The notes beneath the pieces were generated by a model, which was not told where the DNA came from, ran no database searches, and saw nothing but the letters and a program-made list of their open reading frames with translations. The position numbers and the translations under genes are program-made. From the NCBI GenBank assembly GCA_964412145.1, contig CAYPOW010000002.1, positions 1 through 37,629 of the forward strand: a stretch of DNA of 37,629 nucleotides, read 5' to 3'. This DNA is from an uncultured Draconibacterium sp. (lineage in GTDB: Bacteria > Bacteroidota > Bacteroidia > Bacteroidales > UBA12170). Positions 28,175-37,441 of this stretch are shown piece by piece (the first letter of the stretch is position 1; each line of letters opens with the position of its first letter).

Positions 28175-29821
28175 ATGAAACTCGCCAAATTACAACCTAT
28201 ACAAAGCGTTTTTTTAGCTATTCCTTTACTTGGTTTATCTGGTTTTGCTAGTGCTGATTTACCAGAAAATCAACCTAAAAAACCAAATATTATTTTTTTT
28301 ATTGCAGATGATATGACCTACGATCAGTTCAATTGTTTGCCTCAAGGTGAAGGAAGGAATCTGACTCCAAATATAGATCGATTAGCTGCTGAAGGTGTTT
28401 TGATGAATGGTCAATACGTAAGTTCGACGGTGAGTTCACCAAGCAGATATAGCTGTTTAACTGGAACCTATGCGGGTAGAGCGGTCAATTCTGCATTCAA
28501 TGCACGAATGAAAGAAAACGATGGACAGTCTGTAGTTGAATGGAATACGAAAATTGTAAAAGGCCAGCAGAATTTAGTTGAATTTTTAAATGAAGAAGGC
28601 TATTATACTGGTGCTTCTGGGAAAAATCACGTGATTAATGTCCCAGGTTGGAAAAGAGTTCCTCTGACTGCTGATACAGCTCAACGAAAAGTGATAAGAG
28701 AATTAGAGAGGAATAACCAAAAACTAAAACAAGCCTATTTAGATGCAGGATTTGATTTTGCAGACGGCTTATGGTATGATAATCCGGATTATAATGGACC
28801 GCTATCCTTGGCTTCTCATAATATGGATTGGTCGGCTGAACACGCTTTGAATTTTCTAGAAAAGGCTAAAGATTCTACTTTCTTCCTTTATTTTGCGACT
28901 ACAGTTCCGCATGGTCCTGAGGAAGCAAAACGAGCTTGGAATGCAGATAGAAGAATAATTCCTTATGGAACGCTGAAAAAAGCACCAAATGTTTTGCCAG
29001 CAAAAGAAACTATTCCTCAGCGATTAAAGGAGGCTGGATTAGTCAAAAATAACAAGATTCCAAATCAAAAAGCCAATATGCTTTGGCTAGATGATGTTTT
29101 GGGTGCCCTCATCGATAAATTAGAAGAAAATGGTCAGCTAGATAATACCATCATCGTATTTTTTAGTGATCACGGGCAAGATGCAAAAGGAACAGTTTAT
29201 CAAGATGGTGTGGTTTCTCCTTCTATCTTTTGGAAAAAAGGTGGATTTCCGGTAGGCAACCAAACAAATACTAAAGTCTCTAATATTGATTTTGCTCCAA
29301 CATTGCTTGAATTGGCTGGTGCCGAGGTTGATAAAAAAGCTTTTGATGGCAAGAGTTTTAAAAAATTGCTTGAAGGTGATACAACCGAAATTCATTCTTC
29401 GCTCTATTTTGAAATGGGATATAGCAGAGGTGTTTTGAAAGATAATTTTAAATATATCGCTTTGCGTTATCCTGAAAAAGTTGAAAATTACACTTTAGAA
29501 GAAAGAAAAGAATTGCTCGACGATTGGAATCATTTGCTGGCATTACGCGGTAAGAAACCAAATAATACAGATCCAACTAAAGCTTATGGTCACGTGCAAT
29601 TAATTCCTGGTGGTGGTGATGCGGAATACAAAGCTACACTAAGGTATAAAAGCTATACGGAAAAGAATCAATTATACGATTTAACAAAAGATCCCACAGA
29701 ACAAAATAATTTGTTTGGAAAGCCTGGCTACGAAAAAATTACAAAACAACTTCAAGGAGAGCTGATCAGCCATTTGAATGATTTGCCCGGTACTTTTGGC
29801 GAATTTAAAACAAGTAAATAA
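28175..29821 (+). CDS. S1 sulfatase, Ser-type
   Basis: KPNIIFFIADD, TPNIDRLA.EG, SSPSRYSCLTG, GKNH, PHGP, SDHG, NIDFAPTLL, QLYDL..DP.EQ.NL. Confidence 0.93.
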   Translation: MKLAKLQPIQSVFLAIPLLGLSGFASADLPENQPKKPNIIFFIADDMTYDQFNCLPQGEGRNLTPNIDRLAAEGVLMNGQYVSSTVSSPSRYSCLTGTYAGRAVNSAFNARMKENDGQSVVEWNTKIVKGQQNLVEFLNEEGYYTGASGKNHVINVPGWKRVPLTADTAQRKVIRELERNNQKLKQAYLDAGFDFADGLWYDNPDYNGPLSLASHNMDWSAEHALNFLEKAKDSTFFLYFATTVPHGPEEAKRAWNADRRIIPYGTLKKAPNVLPAKETIPQRLKEAGLVKNNKIPNQKANMLWLDDVLGALIDKLEENGQLDNTIIVFFSDHGQDAKGTVYQDGVVSPSIFWKKGGFPVGNQTNTKVSNIDFAPTLLELAGAEVDKKAFDGKSFKKLLEGDTTEIHSSLYFEMGYSRGVLKDNFKYIALRYPEKVENYTLEERKELLDDWNHLLALRGKKPNNTDPTKAYGHVQLIPGGGDAEYKATLRYKSYTEKNQLYDLTKDPTEQNNLFGKPGYEKITKQLQGELISHLNDLPGTFGEFKTSK

Positions 29822-29841
29822 TCTCATTTAAAAATAAGCCA

Positions 29842-30816
29842 ATGAAATCGATTCGGAAAATGCTTGGCTTTGTGTTGCTTTTGAGTGTTACTTTTGTAAA
29901 TGCTCAATCGCGAATTCTATCTGAAAATGGTTTTGAGAATTGTATCGAGCTGAGCAATAAAAGTGTTCGGGTTGTTTTAACACCTTCACTTGGTGGAAGA
30001 GTTTTAAAATACGAATTGAACGGACTTAATATTCTTTATGTCGATTCTGCGCAAAATGGGCTTACCGAGAAACCCAAAGGAATGTACAAAGGTCCATCAG
30101 CCGGGCGTTTCGATTTTGGTCCAACCCGAGTAATTCCCAAACACGATAATTTATGGTGGGGAATGTGGACAAGTGAAATCACTGGAAACTATGCTGCACG
30201 ATTAATTAGTCAAATTGATAAAGCAACAGGTGTTCAGCTCATTCGCGATTTTGAATTGGATCCAGAAAGCTCCAAACTAAAAATAACCCAAACTATCCTT
30301 AACAAAAGCAATGAAACCAAACGTTATTGCTTTTGGGGAAGAACCTTTGTGAAAGGTGGAGGAGCCACTTTTGTCCCTTTAAACGCATCAAGTCGTTTTC
30401 CGAAGAAATACCTGGCATATGGCGATCAAAAAGAAATTTTCTTTGATCCAGAGGATGAAGCCAATTTAAAAGTAGAAAAGAATGTTTTTGTGTTGAACAA
30501 AGAATCGGCTTATAAAAAATACGTAATGGACGGAGAGGAAGGATGGATGGCCTATTTGTCTACCGATAATCAACTATTTGTAAAAAAGTTTGAGGTTTTT
30601 CCAGATAAAGTCTATGCGGAGATGACTGCTTGCACGATGTCAGTTTGGTTTTCTGAAGATCAGATTGTAGAAATTGAACCGATGGGGCCGTGGGAGTGGA
30701 TAGAGGCGGGGGAGTCAAGTTCCTTTGTTGAAGAATGGTATTTGGTTGATTTTGAATCCAAGCAAACTACGGATGCAATTTTGGAGAAAGTAGAACAAAT
30801 GATACAAAAAGACTAA
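29842..30816 (+). CDS. Secreted DUF4380-like protein (probable aldose-epimerase-like beta-supersandwich fold)
   Basis: Signal peptide ending VNA/Q; pattern G..NC.EL.N...RVV..P..GGRV..Y..NG.NIL and E.EPMGP.......GE...F.E.W, recalled from this family. Confidence 0.6.
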   Translation: MKSIRKMLGFVLLLSVTFVNAQSRILSENGFENCIELSNKSVRVVLTPSLGGRVLKYELNGLNILYVDSAQNGLTEKPKGMYKGPSAGRFDFGPTRVIPKHDNLWWGMWTSEITGNYAARLISQIDKATGVQLIRDFELDPESSKLKITQTILNKSNETKRYCFWGRTFVKGGGATFVPLNASSRFPKKYLAYGDQKEIFFDPEDEANLKVEKNVFVLNKESAYKKYVMDGEEGWMAYLSTDNQLFVKKFEVFPDKVYAEMTACTMSVWFSEDQIVEIEPMGPWEWIEAGESSSFVEEWYLVDFESKQTTDAILEKVEQMIQKD

Positions 30817-30822
30817 GCATAG

Positions 30823-32484
30823 ATGTATTTTTTCCACCGCATTTTATTTCTTGTTTTATTTCTTGCTTATTTTCAATTAGATGCGCAACAAAATTGGTTT
30901 GTCTCTCCTACAGGAACTGATAGTTCTTCAAATGGAAGAACAGTTGCCTCACCATTTGCAAGCATTACTTATGCGGCAGAATTTGTGCAACAGGGAGATA
31001 CTATTCAAGTTTTAGCGGGAGAATATTTTAATACAGGATTTGGTTCGGGTGATATTTGGAATACCGAAAGCACAGTAAAAATAAATAATCTGCATGGCGA
31101 AGAGAATGCGTACATCTATATCAAGCCTTATCAAGATGCAAAAGTAATCCTCAAAGGAGATGGTTTATGTATGTTTCGTTTGAGAAACTCCTCCTACATT
31201 CAAATAGAAGGTTTTGAAGTCTACGGCGAAGTGGAAAACATTTCCATGCAAACTGCTCGCGACAATCAATTTATCTATAAGGATGCTGATGGTAACATCA
31301 AATACCGTGTTCCCGCAGGCAGCACAGCCGATGAGGTGGCTGCTATGACTTTACCTGTTTTATATAACATATCTCGACCAAATTACACAGATACAAAAGG
31401 CATATATGTTAGCAAATCTCATCATATCAATCTGATAAATAATTTGGTTCATCATACACCTGGTGGTGGATTACGTGTTGCCAGTGGCGATTATATTAAT
31501 ATTATTGGTAACGAAGTGCATAATTGTTCTCGAAAATCATATTCTGGAACACATGCTCTTGTTGTAAGCGAAAGTTTGAGTATAGATGAAAATGAAGGCT
31601 ATAAGATTACCATTGCACAAAATAAAGTACACCATAATTATAACGAAATTTATTCCTGGGCTCCTTCTAAAACCTTCATTACGCCTCATATTGATGAAGG
31701 GAAAGGGATTTCCTTACAAAAAAACTCAACGGAAAATGGTTGGATTCATGGTCGGTTTTTAGTAGTAAATAATATTGCCTATAAAAATGGTTTTGCCGGA
31801 ATTCATAATAATTCGGGCGAAAGAATGGATTTTTATAATAATACTTGCTATTATAATTCGCTTTCTGAAAGTGGAAATAATATTGGAATGAGTACGCAAG
31901 GAGGCAATGATATTCGGTTTAAAAACAATATTGTAGTTACCGATCCAGTTTTATCAGGTTACGCCATCTCGGTTGCAAACACTTTGAATGTAAAAGTGAA
32001 ATCCAATATTTCTTTTGGAAATACGGATCCTGATGTTGTAGGAATTCAGGTGGATGCGATAAATGCAGATCCAATGTTTATCGATGTTGATGATTTTGAT
32101 TTTCGTTTGGAATCCAGTTCACCAGCCTTAGATGCCGCTATTATAAGCGCAGCACCAAGTGTCGATTATTTTAATAATGCTAGAGATGCATTTCCAGATA
32201 TTGGAGCAGTAGAGTATATGGTTTTTCAAGGAATCGATAATCCGAATGACCAATTTGATTATAAGGTTTATCCAAACCCTTTTGACTCCTTTATTATTAT
32301 TCAGTCAAGTCAACTAAATACATCCGACATAACTATTTTTAACTTATTTGGGCAAGATATTAGCGCACTAGTCCAAATTTCTAAGGATGAAAATATTAAG
32401 ATTAAAACTCAAGCTTTAAAACCGGGTCCATATAGTTTAGGCATCAAAGGAAATTATAGGATTGTAATAAAGAAAGAGCAGTAA
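30823..32484 (+). CDS. T9SS-secreted right-handed parallel beta-helix (pectin-lyase-like fold) protein
   Basis: FVSPTGTD...G....PF.SI..A....GDTI....G.Y cap, Asn-ladder repeats (NNLVH, GNEVH, QNKVH, NNIAY, NNTCY), an F.L...SPA.DA...DIGA.EY segment and a VYPNPF CTD. Confidence 0.85.
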   Translation: MYFFHRILFLVLFLAYFQLDAQQNWFVSPTGTDSSSNGRTVASPFASITYAAEFVQQGDTIQVLAGEYFNTGFGSGDIWNTESTVKINNLHGEENAYIYIKPYQDAKVILKGDGLCMFRLRNSSYIQIEGFEVYGEVENISMQTARDNQFIYKDADGNIKYRVPAGSTADEVAAMTLPVLYNISRPNYTDTKGIYVSKSHHINLINNLVHHTPGGGLRVASGDYINIIGNEVHNCSRKSYSGTHALVVSESLSIDENEGYKITIAQNKVHHNYNEIYSWAPSKTFITPHIDEGKGISLQKNSTENGWIHGRFLVVNNIAYKNGFAGIHNNSGERMDFYNNTCYYNSLSESGNNIGMSTQGGNDIRFKNNIVVTDPVLSGYAISVANTLNVKVKSNISFGNTDPDVVGIQVDAINADPMFIDVDDFDFRLESSSPALDAAIISAAPSVDYFNNARDAFPDIGAVEYMVFQGIDNPNDQFDYKVYPNPFDSFIIIQSSQLNTSDITIFNLFGQDISALVQISKDENIKIKTQALKPGPYSLGIKGNYRIVIKKEQ

Positions 32485-32554
32485 AGGATTAATAATTTTG
32501 GATTTCAGTTTTTTGAACTGATTTAGAGTTTATTACTCACTAATTTAATGTTGA

Positions 32555-32620
32555 GAATGTATTTTAAACCTAATCGAACTGAAATCAAACCCTATAATAG
32601 CCATTCAATGGGTATATTTG
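32555..32620 (+). promoter_or_regulatory. Putative HTCS operator and -7 box upstream of susC
   Basis: GAATG-N6-AAACC-N5-GAACT-N6-AAACC-N21-TATATTTG (consensus TAnnTTTG at 32613-32620). Confidence 0.65.
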
Positions 32621-32660
32621 ATACCAGATTAAGCAATAATATTATTTTAAAACTAATCGT

Positions 32661-35600
32661 ATGAGAAAAAGTTTATTAATCTTCGTTTTAACACTATTAT
32701 CCGTTTATGGATTTTCACAAAGCAAATCAATTATTGGTACTGTCACCGATTGTGAAGATGCGAGTCCATTGGTTGGGGTTTCCGTTTTTATTAAAGGGAC
32801 TACCACTGGTACAGCCACTGATACAAATGGAAATTTTCTTTTAGATGTTGAAGTTGGACAAACCATAGTGTTTTCCTTTATTGGAATGACAGATCAAGAA
32901 GCTATTGTAACAGAAAAAAATGCATATATAATAGAATTATGTGCAAATCAAGTTTCTCTTGATGAATATGTAGTTATTGGCTATGGTTCAGTAAGGAAGA
33001 GTGACTTAACAGGAAGTGTTACATCTGTTAAAGTAAAAAATGCAGAAAGTTCAGGATCTACTGCCGTAAACGATTTTCTTCAAGGGCGTGCTGCAGGTGT
33101 AAATGTTAAAACCAATTCTGGTGTTCCGGGAGGTTCTGTTAGTATTAATATTAGAGGAGTAGGCTCTATGTCTGCCAGCTCTCAGCCTTTGTATGTTATT
33201 GATGGAAATATTATTGACGGTACTTCTGGAGATATTAGCGATGAGGATTTAACAGAAACTAACCCGATGGCATTTTTATCGCCAGAAGATATTGAAAGTA
33301 TTGAAATATTAAAGGATGCTTCTGCCACTGCTATTTATGGATCGCGTGGAGCCAATGGAGTTGTATTAATCACCACCAAATCTGGCGAAGAAAATGGTTT
33401 TAAAATAGAATATAATACCAGTGCATCTTATGCAAATCCAACTAAAAAATTAGCGGTGATGGATGGCGAAACCTATGCTCATTATAGAAATGACCTAGCT
33501 GCCATTGCTGATGAAGCCGAAGTATATACTAATTTTGATAGTATTTCATCTATCGATTGGCAAAAGGAAATGATGCAAACGGCCATTTCAAAAAAACATC
33601 GTTTAGCTATTTCTGGTGGCCAAAATGGCTCCAAATATTACGTTTCTTTTGGTTATAATAGTTCTGATGGTATTATTACATCAACAGGATTTAAAAAATA
33701 CGATTTTAGATCAAATATCACCCATAAAATAAGCAATAGAATTAAACTTAACTCCAATATATCAGGTTCCTTAGTAGAGAATAATCTTACTGTTGGAACA
33801 GACTTTTATGGAGGCGATAAATCAATGATCGGTTCTATCTTAAATACAAAACCTATATTAAACGACTTTTTTGACACCGAAGGTAATTTTGATGTTGAGA
33901 TGATGGATATTAATAATCCTTATGCTTGGCGTGATGGTTATTTAGATAAAACCAATGAGAAAACTTTTGTTGCTAAATTCTCTTTAGATTTTGAAATTAC
34001 CGATTGGTTGAAATATACTGCTAGAGTTGGATTAGACTATAGAGCCAAAGAAAGAAATAGATATTGGGGACGTGAACTGTATAAAGGAGAACGCTCCGAT
34101 GGATATGCACAATCATTTGATTGGGACAACTTACACTATGTAACCGATCACCTTTTCTTTTTTAAACATCGTATAAAAAAGCACCGCTTCAATGCGACTC
34201 TTGGTTTTACTTACGATGAAAAACTGATGAAGTATAATAAGTATGAAGCTTTGGGTTTTGTCGACGATTTTAGTGGTTATGATGCAATGCATGGGGGTGC
34301 TACACAAGTCATCACATTCACCAAAAAAACACCTACTAGTTATGCTTCAAGTTTATTCCGTATAAACTATTCATTCAAGAATAAAATTTCGGCAACAGTT
34401 ACCGGTAGAGCCGATGGCTCAAGTAAGTTTGCCCCTGGAAATCAATGGGGATTCTTTCCTTCAACAGCTATAGCGTATCGATTGACTGAAGAAGAATTTA
34501 TGCGTAAATTCAAATCAATCTCAAGTTTAAAATTCCGTTTAGGTTGGGGTCAAGTGGGTAGCAGTAGCTCACCTGCTTATGCCACCATAAATAGGATTAA
34601 TTATGTTCTTGGATCGGATGATAATGGAAACACCATTACTACTTTAAGACCAAGTACAATGGGTAACCCTGATTTGACTTGGGAGACATCACAACAAAGC
34701 AATCTAGGACTTGATTTAGAAATGTGGAAAGGGAAGCTAACAATGACCTTTGATGCCTATTATAAAACTACTAAAGATCAATTACAAAACCTTGCTTTAC
34801 CTGGATCATCAGGATATTCTTCAATGTGGGTGAATTTAGGATTGGTAGAAAATAAAGGAGCGGAATTCTCATTTGATTATTTAGTTTTTAAGGATAAATT
34901 CTCTTTTTCAATTGGAGGAAATATTGCCTTCAATAGAAATAAAATTATGGAAATTGGTAGAACTGCAGATGATTTAGGACGTGTATTCTACTTAGGCGAT
35001 AAGCTTGGCGGGAATGATGAGATTAAAGCTCCTGTTAATGTTTTTATGGAAGGCGAAGCTGTTGGTGCTTTCTGGGGATACCAAACAGATGGTATTCTAC
35101 AAGATGCTGCTGATGCGGCAAGTGCTCCAACATTTTATGGTCTTCAATTGGCCGAAGGAAATATTAAATTTAAAGATATTAGTGGCGCAAATGGTTTACC
35201 CGATGGAAATATCGATGGATATGATAAAACAATTATCGGAGATCCTAACCCTGATTTTATCTATGGCTTAAACATGAATTTTGCCTATAAATCTTTCAAT
35301 TTAAATATGCTTTTCCAAGGTGTTCAAGGTCGCGATCTTTTCAATGCCAACTATGCCCGTTTATGGAATCACGAACGTTCAAGTACAAATAAATTAGAAG
35401 AAAGTTATTTAGATGCTTGGACAGCGGATAATCCAAGTAATACTTTCCCAAGAATTGATTATAACGCTGTTACTTTCAACTCTGTTTTTACCGATCGTTT
35501 TGTTGAGGATGCTAGCTATTTTAAACTTAGCACTATCAGTCTTTCATATAATTTCAATGTGAAAAAAATGAATGCTATAGAAGGTATTAAAGTTTATGCC

Positions 35601-35750
35601 TCAGCACATAACGTGTTTACTATAACCAATTATGAAGGTTTTGATCCCGAAGCAGATAGTTTTGCAAATAATCCAATGCTTAGTGGAATAGATTTCAATT
35701 CTTACCCAGCAGTGAGAACAATAATGTTTGGTTTGAATGTTACTTTTTAA
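32661..35750 (+). CDS. susC: SusC/RagA TonB-dependent transporter
   Basis: PLVGVSV.IKGT..GT.TD.NG.F, VVIGYG, DLTGSV, PLYVIDG, IESIEILKDASATAIYGSRGANGVVLITTK, NPDL.WE, C-terminal GLNVTF. Confidence 0.98.
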   Translation: MRKSLLIFVLTLLSVYGFSQSKSIIGTVTDCEDASPLVGVSVFIKGTTTGTATDTNGNFLLDVEVGQTIVFSFIGMTDQEAIVTEKNAYIIELCANQVSLDEYVVIGYGSVRKSDLTGSVTSVKVKNAESSGSTAVNDFLQGRAAGVNVKTNSGVPGGSVSINIRGVGSMSASSQPLYVIDGNIIDGTSGDISDEDLTETNPMAFLSPEDIESIEILKDASATAIYGSRGANGVVLITTKSGEENGFKIEYNTSASYANPTKKLAVMDGETYAHYRNDLAAIADEAEVYTNFDSISSIDWQKEMMQTAISKKHRLAISGGQNGSKYYVSFGYNSSDGIITSTGFKKYDFRSNITHKISNRIKLNSNISGSLVENNLTVGTDFYGGDKSMIGSILNTKPILNDFFDTEGNFDVEMMDINNPYAWRDGYLDKTNEKTFVAKFSLDFEITDWLKYTARVGLDYRAKERNRYWGRELYKGERSDGYAQSFDWDNLHYVTDHLFFFKHRIKKHRFNATLGFTYDEKLMKYNKYEALGFVDDFSGYDAMHGGATQVITFTKKTPTSYASSLFRINYSFKNKISATVTGRADGSSKFAPGNQWGFFPSTAIAYRLTEEEFMRKFKSISSLKFRLGWGQVGSSSSPAYATINRINYVLGSDDNGNTITTLRPSTMGNPDLTWETSQQSNLGLDLEMWKGKLTMTFDAYYKTTKDQLQNLALPGSSGYSSMWVNLGLVENKGAEFSFDYLVFKDKFSFSIGGNIAFNRNKIMEIGRTADDLGRVFYLGDKLGGNDEIKAPVNVFMEGEAVGAFWGYQTDGILQDAADAASAPTFYGLQLAEGNIKFKDISGANGLPDGNIDGYDKTIIGDPNPDFIYGLNMNFAYKSFNLNMLFQGVQGRDLFNANYARLWNHERSSTNKLEESYLDAWTADNPSNTFPRIDYNAVTFNSVFTDRFVEDASYFKLSTISLSYNFNVKKMNAIEGIKVYASAHNVFTITNYEGFDPEADSFANNPMLSGIDFNSYPAVRTIMFGLNVTF

Positions 35751-35762
35751 TTGATAAAAAAG

Positions 35763-37361
35763 ATGAAAATGAAAAAACATATATTTATCCTTAGCCTATT
35801 ATTGGTAATTACAATTTCTTGTGATAAACCTCTACTCGATGAGCCTATTTACGATTTTAGAACGCCAGAAACAGCCTTTGCTTCTGAAGAGTCTACAAAT
35901 GCAATCTTGTTGGGAATGTATAAAACTATGACAGCCTATCATTATTACAGTTCTACTTATTCTCAGCTACTTACCTTTAACTCAGGGTGGATGACCAGAA
36001 GAGCAGGTGGCGATGCCGACTTAGCACGATTAGAACAAACACCAACTAAATCTTGGATTGGATCTGTTTACGATGCTATTTATAGTTCTATAGCGCAAAA
36101 TAATTTCATTATTGAATCGACTAGTGCTGAAAGCCAAGTAGAATATGTGCGTAACGCAAGAGGTCAGGCACACTTTTTTAGAGCGATGAATTATTTTAAT
36201 CTAGTAAGGCTTTTTGGTCCTGTTCCTTTAGTAAGTAGACTATCAAAAACTCCTGAAGAGGCAAATGTGCCTAGAGCAGAATCTGTTGATGCTGTTTATG
36301 AGTTTATTATTGCTGATTTAAATAAAGCTTATGATTTGTTGCCAGAATTTCAAACGAGTGGATTAGCTCCAAAACAAATGGCTGCAAAAGCTTTGCTTTC
36401 TAAAGTGTTCCTAACAAGAGCTTCTTCTACAAATAATATCGAATATTGGCAAAGAGCAAAAAATCTTGCCGACAGTGTTATTCAATCAGGTATTTATTCT
36501 TTAGAAGCAAATTATGCCGATTTATGGAATGTAAATAATGAGTTTACTAGCGAATCGATTGTGGAATTTGGATTTTCAAATACAACCATTGGTGTAGGAA
36601 GTGCTTTCCCTCATATTTTGGTGCCTCAAAAATCGGGTTGGTCTTCCAATGGTACAGGTGGCTGGGGCCGATCTGTTCCTACCAGAGAATTATATGATAC
36701 CATTGTAAGTACTCACGGTGGTGTTGATCCACGAATGGAAGTTAATGTAGTTGTTGATTATACCAGAACAGACGGTAAAACGGTAACAAGTTATCCGGCA
36801 TTAACCAAAGGTGTAGCCAAAGTGTATCTTCCATACCCAAGTGTTCAAAAATATAAAGATCCCAATGGTTTAGATAATAATTCTCATGCCAATAATTACA
36901 TTTATTTACGATATGCCGAGATATTATTGATTTATGCGGAAGCTGAAAATGCTTTGAATGGTCCAACGGGGAATGCAGTTGGAGCATTAAATCAAGTTTT
37001 ATTGCGTGCTAGAAACAGTGGAGATACAGGTTTGCCAGATGATGCATCTACTGCCGATTTTGCTTCAACAGAAAGCTTTAGAGATCGTATAATGGTAGAG
37101 CGTCTATCGGAACTTATGGGCGAGTTTCATACCTGGTTTGATGCCCGAAGATATGGAATGGATTATTTTACTAAAGTCTGCGAAAATCACAATAGAAGAT
37201 TAGATCTAGCTAAAACACAAAAAGTTTTTAAAAGTGCTTCTGATTTTTATTTTGGAATTGATGCTTTTACAATTCAGCGGAATCTATTGCTTCCAATTCC
37301 AGAATCAGAAATAAATACGAATGAAGCTATTTCTTTCGAAGATCAAAATTTTGGCTATTAA
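35763..37361 (+). CDS. susD: SusD/RagB glycan-binding lipoprotein
   Basis: Lipobox TIS-C(D), GQAHFFRA..YF.LVRLFG.VP, RYAEILLIYAEA, ER..EL.GE...WFD.RR, LPIP.SEI..N....QN.GY. The start is ATG 35763 or 35769 rather than TTG 35751. Confidence 0.97.
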   Translation: MKMKKHIFILSLLLVITISCDKPLLDEPIYDFRTPETAFASEESTNAILLGMYKTMTAYHYYSSTYSQLLTFNSGWMTRRAGGDADLARLEQTPTKSWIGSVYDAIYSSIAQNNFIIESTSAESQVEYVRNARGQAHFFRAMNYFNLVRLFGPVPLVSRLSKTPEEANVPRAESVDAVYEFIIADLNKAYDLLPEFQTSGLAPKQMAAKALLSKVFLTRASSTNNIEYWQRAKNLADSVIQSGIYSLEANYADLWNVNNEFTSESIVEFGFSNTTIGVGSAFPHILVPQKSGWSSNGTGGWGRSVPTRELYDTIVSTHGGVDPRMEVNVVVDYTRTDGKTVTSYPALTKGVAKVYLPYPSVQKYKDPNGLDNNSHANNYIYLRYAEILLIYAEAENALNGPTGNAVGALNQVLLRARNSGDTGLPDDASTADFASTESFRDRIMVERLSELMGEFHTWFDARRYGMDYFTKVCENHNRRLDLAKTQKVFKSASDFYFGIDAFTIQRNLLLPIPESEINTNEAISFEDQNFGY

Positions 37362-37372
37362 AAAAAAGCTTA

Positions 37373-37412
37373 CTGCAATCGGTTTCCATTTGGAGATCGA
37401 TTGCAGATTTTT
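37373..37412 (+). terminator. Hairpin after susD (terminator or mRNA stabiliser)
   Basis: CTGCAATCGGTTTCC-ATTT-GGAGATCGATTGCAG stem followed by ATTTTT. Confidence 0.75.
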
Positions 37413-37441
37413 GACAATTAATTATACCTAGGAATTACTCG

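Noticed and set aside
1064-36987. About 30 short ORFs (60-122 aa) in the ORF track overlapping long genes
   Set aside because: They are antisense or out-of-frame shadows of well-supported CDSs with no recognisable motifs.
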